A stretch of 64,000 nt of DNA from Nageia nagi. Taxonomy: Eukaryota; Plantae; Pinophyta. Location of the stretch: positions 112,158,001 to 112,222,000 of the forward strand of contig JBITNC010000001.1 of assembly GCA_050084985.1 (NCBI GenBank), read 5' to 3'. Shown here one piece after another: positions 28,101-40,320 of the stretch (the stretch's first letter is position 1; every line of letters starts with the position of its first letter). Made by a program: the position numbers and the translations under genes. Below the pieces are notes generated by a model. The model worked only from the letters and a program-made list of their open reading frames with translations, made no database searches and was not told the DNA's origin.

Positions 28101-28284
28101 AATAAACTTTTATTTCATAAATATTTAACTAGGCATTTGTTTACTATAAATTTTATGTATGATTAAAAAAAAATACATATTTGTACACTCTAAAAATTAA
28201 TGAATATAAATTATTTATCAAGTATTCAAGATCCTATAAATTATTTTTATATATAATGTTAAGAATTTATATAATAATAAAATA

Positions 28285-28326
<42 letters not shown>
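28285..28326. repeat. (AAT)14 microsatellite
   Basis: Direct reading. Confidence 0.95.
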
Positions 28327-28327
<1 letters not shown>

Positions 28328-29533
28328 GAAGCAAAATAATCCAAAATTAATTATGAAATATAATCTTGATTTGTAGAGATATTTTGAAAAGAAAAAAAAA
28401 TTATCATTATACACATATCAATAATTTTTTATTTTCAAAAGTATTAAAGAATAACGATTGTTGTTAAATTATAAGTTAATAGTTATAAAACTAAAATGTA
28501 AGTATATAGTATTAGTAAAAATATTTTATCAAATATAATAATTCGAAATTGATGGAAATGATTGTTAAAATAAATATTTATTGTAAATATAATCTTATTA
28601 TGATCATAAGACGTTGATTATGTGTTTGCATCTATAGTAATTGTAATCTAATAAAATAGTTTTTTTATTTCTTTACAAGAAAGAATATTGCATTCAATCA
28701 AATAAAAATTAAAGTAAATAATAAGATAAATGCTGAACTATAGTTTTTAGATATATCACTAGAAAATAAAATAACATCCACATAAGAAATATTTAAATTC
28801 AAATTCAATTGTTATATTCAATCCAATATAAAATATTATATACAATAATGACTAATGAAATTAAAGAATAATATACTAACTAAAAGTGATCAATAAAAAT
28901 AAGGTCATATCTATTTCAAAGTATGATATTGAACTATCATTTTTCAAAAGATTATATTCATGAATAATAACACATGTTATCATGGAGAATTTATTTTTAA
29001 TATTATTTAATTCATTTAATATATGTTATAAATTTTTTATATTAGATAAAGATATAAACTAAATGATTAGTTAAAATATATAGTGTCATAATATGCAATA
29101 TTAGTATAATAACAGCACATGTAACCATGTAAAATAAAAATCAAAAAACAAAAAAAAATAAAAAAAAAAATAAATCCAAAGACTAAAATTTATTTCATCG
29201 TCGGCTTGCTCTCTAGCAAATTCTTAGTGGTCGATTTGAAAATTAACTTCCAAAGCTCAAAGGAAAACACCTAAAATGTAATCAAAATTAACTTCCAAAT
29301 CTCAAAGGAGAAGACCTACCAAGTAAATATATTAACATCTACAGAGAATAAAGTACCTATAAAACAACTGAAATAAACAATTACATAACATGTAAGCTTC
29401 TAATAGAAATGAACATAAAACACAAGTCACAATAAAATCAATACATGAGTAACCCAACCAACGATCTAGCTCACACGCACCTATCACTTTCTCCTTAACA
29501 ATTTAAAATCACGAGGTGAACAAGCTGCACAAT

Positions 29534-30620
29534 TTATAACCCTGCGTATGTATCGATCAGGGCAGCCTTTTCTTTAGGATTCGCATTCTCCAAGAAGGTA
29601 CGCCTAAATTGACTCAAGGTGAAAGGTCTATAACGTCGTGGATAGTGGTCGTCCAACAGCTGAGGAGAAGCCCAAATCTCTTTCTCGCCTGGAAAATACA
29701 CGCCAAAGATATGCGATCCGTCCACCCTTTCTGAACCGCTCGATGCTCCGCGCGTTGTAACCTTCCGTTGCTCCATGCCTCAACTTTCCTTCATTACTTT
29801 ATATCCACAAAAACATTTTATCAACACCAATAACTTCTTCCTCACCTTAAGGCAATCGGCGATATTGGTAACAAATGAGTCCCGTTGCGGCTTCACGTCC
29901 AACCACTTTCCTTGCTTGGACCGAATCTGGAGGCCTTCCATTAGCTGTGTACAGGATGGTAAAGATCCCGCTATCTGTATGAGCAATGAGAGCCTCGTCC
30001 TCTATCGATTTTCCCTCAGAAGTATAGTGAGTGATACGCATTGCATACGTGCGGTTCTGGAAATCAGATTCGTAGAAATGTTCGGCATCCAAATCGAGGG
30101 TTGCAACCATGGTTTTAGTGATAGTTAGCTAGATATCTGCCAAGAGGAGCATATATGCTCCAACTGTTTTGCTGAAACCGTATACGAGGACTGGATTAAT
30201 TTTCAACTTGTATAATAACAGCATTATGTGAGCAGAGTAAAACAGCATACCAGAATAATGGATTTCCGTCTTGTGGCCATATTTTGCGATACATTTGAAC
30301 TACTCATTCTGAATGACGTAGATTGAGGATTGTGAAACTCTCGCTGCCATTCTCACTGGCATAGCTACCCAATCTTTGTTTGTCTCGGTGGGCATGGCAC
30401 ATAGTTGTTGGACGGCTTATTCTACGTCTTGAAGAAGAGTTTGTGGAATTCCATGGTTGATAACTCTGAAAAATCCCAATTCTTGGCAGGCGTCTTTCAC
30501 TTTGGCGAGGACCTCGTGATAGTGGGCATCATTTGTTGTTAGTGCGAATCGTGAAAGGTCGATCAGAGGGAGGTCAACTTCAAGACCAACATCAGGGGAA
30601 GTCTGCAGCGAGCACGCTAC
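29534..30620 (-). pseudogene. 2OG-Fe(II) dioxygenase (DOXC class) paralog A, near full-length pseudogene with 3 exons (30620-30251, 30171-29846, 29778-29534)
   Basis: DLPLIDL..VKDACQELGFFRVINHGI (DIOX_N); AHTDSG (HxD); GLQIRSKQGKWLDVKP; AWSNGR..AEHRAV..DRIS (distal His and RxS); RRYRPFT. GT-AG introns. Start ATG changed to GTA, at least 3 in-frame stops and frameshifts. Confidence 0.95.
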
Positions 30621-30929
30621 GGTAGAGGATCTGTGGCAGGGAAACGACTGAAAAGATATATCAAATAGAAGAAAGTATCACACGAATACCACAAACGGTG
30701 ATTTTTTAGCAAATGGGTTAGCTCATTACCTCATACACTTATAATGTATATAGATAAGAGAAGTGAAAAATAAAAATTGCCTGCTACAGATTAGTGAGAA
30801 ATTTATCAAATTTGAACATAGTACATAGAGAAATATTCAAAACAGACCAATCAAACGTTTTCTTACAAATTTCATAGGGAATGTATTAGGATGCAAAATT
30901 TTATGCACATGTTTAATAGACCACAAAAT

Positions 30930-31185
30930 AATCCATCTCTATACAAATCACACGGCTTTAGTTAGTCAATAAACCCCAAAAGTCTTTAAGCATGTGTATC
31001 TCTAGATATGCAGGTTTTTATGTTGAAGTTGTCGTCATTATTTGTCTTATGGACATACCTAACAATCTCACACTACTCCATCTCCACATAAATCACACCG
31101 CGTTAAATATTTAATAAACCTCACCACTCACAAGATTCCATCTCCACACACATCACACCTCCTTAATTAGTTAATATATCCCACC
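30930..31185. repeat. Three dispersed ~45-bp motifs (CCATCTCYAYAYAMATCACAC...) upstream of 2ODD-A
   Basis: Copies at ~30933, ~31078 and ~31138; also present in the sister region 44228-44480. Confidence 0.7.
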
Positions 31186-32544
31186 TTCTTGATAGATGTA
31201 ATGTCAAAATATTCATTTTAAGTCATATATTTTTTTAATTACATAGTGATTAAATTATATGTAATTATTTTTTTAAATAAATTATTCTTTTTGTTTATCT
31301 TAGGTTTTGAACAAACAATTGAAGGGCGTCCATGCCATCAAAATTCATTTGGGGTATTATTTTTGACTTATGCATCTACCATAACTTGATAAGATTTTAG
31401 ATATCATGCATTTGAGGGGTAAAGATTTGAGCACAACTACTAGAAGTAATTAATCATAATATAATCGATTTTAGATACCCATGCATGTGAAGGGGAGATA
31501 TTTGACCATAGGCCCTCCCTTTTTCCAATTGAAAGATTGTAATGGTTTATATGTAATATTGAAAATTGGATGATGTACATATTTTTTTTACAAGTTGATA
31601 GTAATGTATTCAATTGAAATATATTGGGTTAGATGAATCATTAAATAATTATATATCTTGTAATTTGAATAAATAAAAAAATATATATGAACATATATTT
31701 AAAGTTACATTTAGAGGTAAATTCTTTTTGTATTCATTTTAATCTTATGGATAATTTGGTTTTGCACTTCTTTTGTGTAATGCAAATGTATAAAGGATTA
31801 ATAATAAAATAATCAATATAACAATCATTTCATATAAAAAGAACACATTTTTATTTCATTTCATTCGATAGTTTTCTATGCATAAAAATTCAATTTACCA
31901 ATTTACACATAAAAGATATTACCATCCAATTCAATAATTCAATTTATTGATAAAAATAATCAAATGTTGTTATTTTAATATCATGTGCTTTATTAATAAA
32001 TATTCATATATATTTAAACAAAGATTTATATAAAGTATTATAAATTTTTAAAGTATATATTGATGACGACCAAGAAGATATAAGTTACATGATAAGAAAT
32101 AGTTTACGCACACAATTAATATAACCATCCAATCTAACAACTTAATTTCAATTAATAAAAATAAATAAGTGTTATCAAATTTTTTCATTTGCTTTAATGA
32201 TAAGCATTGAAATAAATTTGAGTAAAGATTTCTCTAAAACATTATAAAATTTAAAAATATATATAGCTAATTATAAGAAATAATAATTATGTATAATATT
32301 GATATCACCATCCAATCCAACAATTCAATCTATACATAAATTGAAACATGGAGTGATTTCTTCTATATAACTCTAACCAAAATAGTTTTGCTTTCTAAAA
32401 ATTTGAATTAAATAATGTTAAATATATTACGAATGTATCATGTATAATATTTTTGGCAGGCACGAATACAAGATCTCAGAGTATTTATTTGATTGGATTA
32501 TTACGTCGAGAGGCATTTCTACAGCTGTAGCATGGAAGGTGGAG

Positions 32545-32745
32545 TGGGGGAGCAAAATGTCGCATGTGAGACTGTCCGGAAAATAATTTTTTTAAAATTA
32601 AAATTATATAGCCGACTGAAATATTAAAAGACATATGGATTCTTGGGGGAGCAAAATGTCGCATGTGAGTCTGTCAGGAAAATAATTTTTTTAAAATTAA
32701 AATTATATAGCCGACTGAAATATTAAAAGACACATGGATTCTTGG
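32545..32745 (+). repeat. 99-bp near-perfect tandem duplication at the kinase 5' breakpoint
   Basis: TGGGGGAGCAAAATGTCGCATGTGAG...GGATTCTTGG twice, about 3 mismatches. Confidence 0.95.
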
Positions 32746-33528
32746 CGGAAATGCAAATTCTGGGCCGCGTCCGACACAAAAATCTCACACCTCTGCTCGG
32801 GTGCTGCGTCTCCGGGAAAGATAGATTTCTTATAAACAAAATCATGTCAAATGGCAGTCTCGATGATCGACTTCACATGAATCCCCCAAGTTTAATTTTT
32901 GATAAGCTGAGAGATTTTTCTGTGAGGTTCAAGGTAGCTGTAGGGGTCGCCAGGGGACTCAAATTTCTCCACCATGAATGTCTTCCTGTCATTCTCCACC
33001 GTGATATCAAGGCCAGCAATGTCCTTCTGGATGAGAATTGTAATGCCTTTCTTACAGACTTTGGTCTTGCACGCACAATTTCGTATAACGATTCTCATGT
33101 CAATGTTGGTAGGGACTTTGGGGTATGTTCCACCCAAGTATTCTCAATCCGGGCGAGCTTCGTCTAAAGGCAATGTTTATAGCTTTGGGGTTGTACTGTT
33201 GGAGCTTGCGACTGGGAAAAGACCCTTGGATGATTTCACCAACATGGTTGATACATACTGTGGAGGAATGGTGGAGTGGGCAAGAATGACATCTGAGAAT
33301 AGAACAATAGAAGATATCACTGATCCTATTGTCAAGGAATGGATTGGAGCTAAGAAGAGCGAAAACTTTCGTGCTTTCATTGTAAGGAAGAATGTTGTGC
33401 ATCAGTTTGTGCGGATTGCAGTGGAATGTACAAAGGAAAACCCAGAAGAGAGGCCCTCTATGATACAGGTAGCTCATCAATTGCACCAATTGTATTTGGA
33501 GCTCCTATTTGCGGACCAAAATGCTTGA
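32735..33528 (+). pseudogene. Receptor-like kinase domain (LRR-X, EMS1/BRI1/PSKR-like), 5'-truncated and frameshifted
   Basis: FLAEMQILGRVRHKNLTPLLG..NGSL..ARGLKFLHHEC..ILHRDIKASNVLLD..DFGLAR, frameshift at ~33100, then LVGTLGYVPPKY..KGNVYSFGVVLLELATGKRP..CTKENPEERPSM. No GxGxxG or VAVK upstream; PE->PK and GDVY->GNVY changes. Confidence 0.93.
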
Positions 33529-34009
33529 CAAAGAGTTCATCTGTTGCTGGATCAAATCAGGGTGTGCTTACAAACTGTAAGCATCTTTGTTTCAGATGAC
33601 TTTCTTCTCGGTAATTTCTTCCCTGTAGAATCTATATTTATTGTTGAATAAGGTTGAAGACCTACTTGTACATGATTAGGTAGCTTTGTATGTTTATGCA
33701 CAAGGTGTTATATTATAGTTTCGTTAATTCCAAGTCTAAAAGTATGTTATTATTAAGGAAAAATATCTAAAATACATATATAATTTCACATAATATTAAA
33801 AATATTCTTTTTTTTTAATATCTAAAATATTTATAGAAATAAAAATAAAGAGAAAAAAATACACAAATAAATATACAATAAGAAAAATTCTATTAAACTA
33901 TAAAATTATAAGGGTATTTTCGATATTACATAAAATTATGAAGGTAATTTACAAGGGTATTTTTATATTATCTTTTCAAAATACATGAAAAATAGTTAAA
34001 CTATTTTTA

Positions 34010-34169
34010 AACTAGCTGTGATATAACCCCTTATATATCAAAAAACGCTGAGAGATATCATTTCGAGGCACCTATCTTGGATATAGCAATACCAAGAAAT
34101 GAGATAGGCACCTCGAAATGATATCTCTCGGCATTTTTTGATATATAAGGGGTTATATCAAAGCTAGTT
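34010..34169. repeat. Foldback element: ~68-bp inverted repeats around a ~24-nt spacer (MITE-like)
   Basis: AACTAGCTGTGATATAACCCCTTATATATC...CCTATCT versus AGATAGG...GATATATAAGGGGTTATATCAAAGCTAGTT, about 5 mismatches. Confidence 0.9.
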
Positions 34170-35739
34170 ATAAGACACATATTGTAAGTGTTCAATATTT
34201 ATGAGCCAAGGTTGTAGGAAGATATTTGTTATTATGAGATTATATTTTACCACAAATAAAAAAGTAGCATTTCATAAAATTTTTATTGACTACCCCTTCC
34301 ACAAAATAACATGGAAGATAAAAAAAAAATTTGTTATATTCTAAGCAAAGAATTGATGATCCTTTTTCTTGAATTTGCATCTTTGATAAGAAATAAGGCC
34401 ATTATGTAATTTTGTTCTAAATATTTGATATTTTTCCTAATATATAGCATATGTTTCCATATTTATAAGTTTATCCAACATCAATTGGAAGTTATTTCTA
34501 GGAACATAATAGTCTAGTTCAGAAAAGCATAGACATTGTGTTTGGGAAGGAACATCCAATAGAGATGTTTGTAATGGTTGTTGAGTAGTTAAAGATTGGA
34601 AGCATCAAAAATAATATTTACATTTTTAATTGTCTCCTTGGATTGATACCATTGTTGTTCCTATAATAATATATATGTTACTAGTGGCTTTCATGGAGCT
34701 ATCTATCTCTTTTTCATAATATTGTTAGCTCCATAACATGAATGTACAAGACCTTTTAAAATTATTTGCAATGTTTAAGATATGTTTTGTAGACAACATA
34801 TTGTATATGGGATACAAATACATGATTTTAACATTTTTAATTTATTCCAATATATTAATAGCTTATGTTAGCTACTAAGCCATGAAAACTTTATGAACAA
34901 CATGACAAATAACTTCAATTTGAATAGTTGGAGAAAAATATCATACATTTTAAAAGTAATCACTCACTCTCAAATTAAAGATATCTATCACATTAAATGT
35001 ATATAATTAAAATTTACGATGATACATCTAATCATCTAAGTCTAAGATATTTAGTAAATGAAAGGCAATAAACATGATTGAATGTTTGAGATATACCATA
35101 AGAGATAATAAAAAGTATACAACAACTAACAAATATAATTTTAACTAAAATAAAATAAAAATTATAACATAAAAAATTATGTACATAAAACATGAAAAAT
35201 TATGATATGATATGAATAAAGTAAATAGAAATTCTAAATGAATTTGACATAAAAAAGAAAACCTCTACACATAAAAGAAACCTTTACCTCTTACCCCTCA
35301 CCTAAAAACTATTTTCCCCTATTCCTAAAAACAAAATGATGCCCCTCCTCCCCAAACAAAAAATACTACTTTAACTTGTCAAGTGCTGCCGATGTGCCTC
35401 CCTGCCTTTTCGAGCTATTCTAAGCACAAGGGACGTGAAGAAGAGAGATTCAATTCCCCTCAGCCCAACACATTTTTGTTGGGTTTTAAAACCGCTTCTA
35501 TGGATTATCTCATTATCAAAAATAAAATTAATTTTGAAATGCTAAAGGTTAGTACTATCTCTTAAATTTGAAATACTATTCATGGCAAGAAGATTTAAAA
35601 TAATATCTCATATCTTTCACATGTATTTTATTATATGATTTATCTTTAACATGTAATATCTCCTTTTTTTTAACTTCTGTTTTTCCTTGGTAGGTCTAGC
35701 AAGCATAGCCATAATCACTTGTCGAGGAAGCTGCATAAT

Positions 35740-37046
35740 CTACATACCTGCGTATCTCTCAATGAAAGTGGACTTTTCTTCTTCAGAATTTTGCCTCTCT
35801 ATGAGTTATTGCTTAAATTGGGAGAATATGAAAGGCCTATAAAGTCGTGCATGCTGGTCGTCAACCAGTTCAGGAGGTGCGCAAATCTCTTTCTCATTTG
35901 GAAAATAAATTAAATAACCTAGCGATATGCGATCCAACCACCGGTTGTGGACAACAAGGTGCTCCACGCTGCGCTACCTTCCGTTGCTCCATGCCTGCAC
36001 TAGCCGAAGAATGCATTAATTCATCACTACAAAATATTAGACAAACTATGTTAATTCATCCTCACCTTACAAGACTCACCGGTATAGATAAGGAATGAGT
36101 TCGATAATGGCTTAAAGTTCAACCAAGTGTCTTCCTTTTAATCTAATCTGGAGGCCACCCTTGTTATCTTGGTAAAGGATTGTAATTCTGGGCAGCCAAA
36201 TCATGGCTTGCCAAAATGATTTTGGTTATCATTCGTACGAGATCTTTCCAGAAAAGCGTGCACGTTTGAATAGTTTTGCTGGAATGGGATAGGAGCAATG
36301 AATTATTTTTAAGCTTGTAAGATGAAAATATGTATATAAGCATAGGAAGACAACATACTAGAAAAATGGATTTCCTTCTTGTGGCCATATTTTACGAGAC
36401 ATTTGAAGGACTGAATCAGAGTGACGTTACAAGCTACGAAATCTGTCGAGCAACTATGAGGGCTGCAGAAGAGTTGAGGAACACAAAAAACCTCACAGAC
36501 GTGTAAAAGGTAATGTGGAGCCATCGAGCCGCCAAAAAAAATTCATACGCCAAAGGTAGCAGGGTCGAACCAAGGTAGGAATCCGTCGAAGCATGTGCGA
36601 AGGGGGACTGACAGGCGGGCTTTTGTGAGGAGGAGAGATGGAGCTGCGGGGGAGCTGCAGGGTGGGTAATGTACAATGGGGGGAATGATAGGGGGCTTGC
36701 ACCCCTACAAAACAAAAAAACTTTGTTAAAAAAAATTATTATTATATTTTTATTATTATTATTTTGTAAACCAAAGTTTTTAAATACAATATAAATAAAC
36801 TTATAAAAAAGTTATTTTTTTATTAAGAAAAAAATATATATTCCTGCAAAAAAAATCCCAACAAAACCTGTAAAAATTTTATAATGTTTTGTTTAAAAAT
36901 TATTTGAAGGAAATCCCAACAAAACCTGTAAAAAAATGTTAGGGATAAATAAAAAAACTCTCTAAAAAACAAATGCTCTTCAAGAAAGTTAGAGGGAGAT
37001 CAACTTCAAAACCAAAATCATGGAAAGTCTGTATAGAGAAAGGCGT
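35740..37046 (-). pseudogene. 2OG-Fe(II) dioxygenase paralog B, CpG-intact copy with a foreign insertion
   Basis: (ACG)PFSIQTFHDFGFEVDLPL [insertion] DSVLQMSRKIWPQEGNPF / KTIQ..LAAQN [deletion removing HxD] TILYQDNKGGLQIR / AWSNGR*RSVEHLVV..DRIS..LYRPF..ERYAGM*. Confidence 0.93.
36425..36990. other. ~570-bp foreign insertion in 2ODD-B exon 1 (GC-rich half plus AT-rich half with direct repeats)
   Basis: Absent from sister copies at 2460-2500 and 11070-11110. AAATCCCAACAAAACCTGTAAAAA occurs twice (~36852 and ~36911). Confidence 0.8.
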
Positions 37047-37099
37047 GTTGGAGGATATTTTGCAGGCAGATTAATTCGTCGTCTTGGATATCATCCTAA

Positions 37100-37360
37100 A
37101 AAGTTCCGATTATAAAAAATGAAAAGGTTTGATTTTTAGGTTGACTTCACCTTTTTAGGCTTTTAGGGAGGGCCAACATGCATGCCCATCAAAGCTTAGG
37201 CTATCATCTCTCTAACTGAGTTGTTTCTTTCAAGACCAACAGGTCTGTGATGAAGCTGTCATGCTAAGCCTCATTTAAATTTGTTGACTTATTTGTTCAA
37301 CAGGTCTGTGATGAAGCTTTCATTCTATGCCAAATTTAAATTTATTGACTTATTTGTTCC
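37100..37360 (-). promoter_or_regulatory. Putative 2ODD-B proximal promoter: TATA-like element and three TTGACT (W-box) cores, two inside a 61-bp tandem repeat
   Basis: TTTTTATAAT (minus strand) ~65 bp upstream of the start; TTGACT at 37141, 37284 and 37345. Confidence 0.4.
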
Positions 37361-38899
37361 TATAGAGATGTAGATATAGATATTAAACAAGAGTCGAGTA
37401 AGGGAAGTGCTGATAATCAATTTTTCATGTTGGTTTCAAGTGAATTTAATGAGATTTGAGGATTTCATTGGTTGTAATATGTATTGTTTTTTCAATTTTC
37501 ATATTATTTTAGAAATAAAAGTAGTAGGTAATCAACAAGCTCTAATGTGGAATGTTTAAAAATGGAATTAATTTAGATAAATTTACAGTGTAATTTTCAA
37601 GGTTTAGTCAATTTTTGAATATGTAAGATATATATTTGATTTTTGTAATTTAATATTAAAGATTATTTCATTTTAATATATTTTATATTTTTCTACATTC
37701 TAAATATTAGATTTAGTGTAATTGTTTTTTGGAGGGAGTTCAATCTTAAGATAAATTATTATAGGAACTTCCTTGTGATTATCAACTAGGAGAAATTTTT
37801 AATGTTTTCTTCAGTCTTATTGTAATCGAGACAGATGTACTTGAAATGTAATCAAATCATAATATGTTTAAGTAAACATTTATAGATTTAAACTTTTAAC
37901 TCTTTTAGGGAAGAGTCAAAGCTTGAACCCTTGTGCTATAAGTATTGGGGACATATGGTGTAAACTTAAGCATTAAATAATTACATATAATTAACTTATT
38001 TATTAAATTTTTTCATTTGTAAAATTAGCTTATTCAAAATGCTAAATACATATTCTCCTAATTCTCCTAATAAAACATTAACCAAGTTTGATATAAATAT
38101 TTTTGATAACAAGGAAAATTTATATGATCAAAAGGCACATGTTTTTATCTAGATCTTAAATATCTGATCACAAAAATGGTTTTCAAAGGAGGAAATCACT
38201 ACCCAATTATACCTAGTGGTAGAAACAAATTAAGAGAAACACTAGCAAGATGTAGCAAAAAGAACACTTCTATAAAACTAAAAAATATAAATACTATCTC
38301 ATATCTTCAATCTTCAATGGATATAGTCCACTATATATTCTACTATAACAAAACCAAGAATGGTAAAATTACATCCAAATGAGTCAAACAATATTTTTTA
38401 CAATATTTTATTTCTTTCATGGGTTGTACATGACCTTGACAACCTATTTTTACTTCCTTGTTTCTTTATTTTTTTTAAAAAAATAAATAATCTCATTATA
38501 ATATTATATGTTTTTCTCACCCACCTATTCAAACTTAGGCTAAATACATACAACCAATTCAACTATGCATATAACCTAAAATAAGAAGTATATATTTATA
38601 CAAGAAATGAAAGTTGTGCAAATGAGAATCAATATTATATTTATTTCAAACCATCATATATAATATTCATATTTCAAACCATCATATCCCAAGTTAGTTA
38701 AATGATTCAAAAATTCTAAACTTTTGAATTAGAAAGAACATAAAATTCATGTGAGATAAGTATAAGTGAACTTTATAAAATATCATTTTCAACCTTAATA
38801 TTAAAAACCTTTCATTAAAAACTTGTTAAAAGTATTCCAAGAATATAGTTTAATATATGTACGATCAAAATTGTGATTAAATTCATCAAGAATGGGTTT

Positions 38900-40320
38900 A
38901 GGCTTACCATTGCCAAGGGGATTTTGGATAATTTAAGGGATAAGTAAAGGAATACTTTGATTGGATGCTTCATTGTACTAATGTCATACATAGATCATAT
39001 TCATCATTGAATTAGTAAACATTGGAAAGTATCTTGTAAAGTTGATATGGTTGCTTTACCTCATGAATTTTAAGTCTTTATTTTTACAAATGCATAAGAC
39101 ACCAACAACATTATGATGTTGGGTCCTTCATTTCTGGGTCAGAAAGAGCTACTTTTAAAATGTTGGCATACTAGTTTCTATCTCAAGAAGGATAACATTT
39201 ATATTGTTCTCTTATGGTCAATTTACCTAATTTACCAACAAATTATTTGGATATGAATATGATTTTTGGAATTACTAATATAGTAGGATATTTTTTTCAA
39301 TTAAAAAATGTCATAGAATTGAGAATAGAATGAGGAAGATGAGTTTTATTTTAACATGATATTAAAGAATTAAGGTGAAATATTATGTTAGGAGGAAGAT
39401 AGAGAAACGTGGAATAAAATTAGTTTATGAATATATGCCTATAGCTGTAAACATATGTAGAAAATTTTTATATATTATACTAAGGAAATATTAGATAAGA
39501 AGAAGAAAGAGATAGTGGAAGTCCCCAAGTTGTACAAAGAATGGAATACCCATGTGTAAAGGAATCAAGGATTCTAGATAAAAGATTAATTTTAACCAAA
39601 GAGAGGTGGAGGAAATTTTAGAAGGTCGACCACTTATGAAACTAGGAACCTATTTCATTCTTCGAAATCTAAATGAAGGTACTAAAATAGCTAAAATTAG
39701 AGAGTAAGAGATTTTCAATTGGCAATTACAAATAGAAAAGTATTAATTAGTGATGAAGAAATGGAGGAAGCTGAAAGTAGGAAGTGACAAAGAAGTGAAG
39801 TAGAAAATACAAAAAATAAGGAGATAGATCAAGATAGGTTATCAAGAGATGATGAAGAAATAGGATAGGAACAACAAATGGAGGTTCATGATGGAATGAA
39901 ACCTCTTAAAAGAACACATTTTGATAAAATAATGAGGAAGAAATAAGATATATGTAAAGGACATATGGGAGGTTTTCAAATTATAAATTAAGAATATAGA
40001 TTATAATTCAGGATATTACCAATAAATGATAATACACTATATAGTAGAGTAGCTATTTTAAGGTCCCATGTTATACTTAGTTATTATTCTTAGTTAGAAC
40101 ATATGAGGATGTAGTACCCAAAATAGATAGAGGATCATCAAGTACCTCTAAAGCAAAGTTCTTATAGATTTGTTATTTATGTAAGAGACGAAGATGAATA
40201 AGGATAAGCTGGTAGAAGTTGAAAAGAAATTTTAAAGGGCAATATATTTCTTTTGGAAAGAATAAGATGGCCTATCAATGGATCTATTCAGATTATGGAA
40301 CCTGACTACTATAAAAGGTG
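38900..40320 (+). mobile_element. Degenerate LINE ORF1 fragment, copy 4
   Basis: VALPHEF..FIFTNA..MMLGPSFLGQKELLLKCWHTSFYLKKDNIY..VNLPNLP. Confidence 0.55.

Noticed and set aside
32742-33528. Two overlapping kinase ORFs as functional genes or a programmed frameshift
   Set aside because: A small deletion near 33100 explains the frame change. The ATP-binding subdomains I-II are missing and conserved residues are mutated.
2755-37360. CRISPR-like array from the ~61-bp, 99-bp or ~45-bp repeats
   Set aside because: These are head-to-tail or low-copy repeats without unique spacers, in a eukaryotic context with no cas genes.
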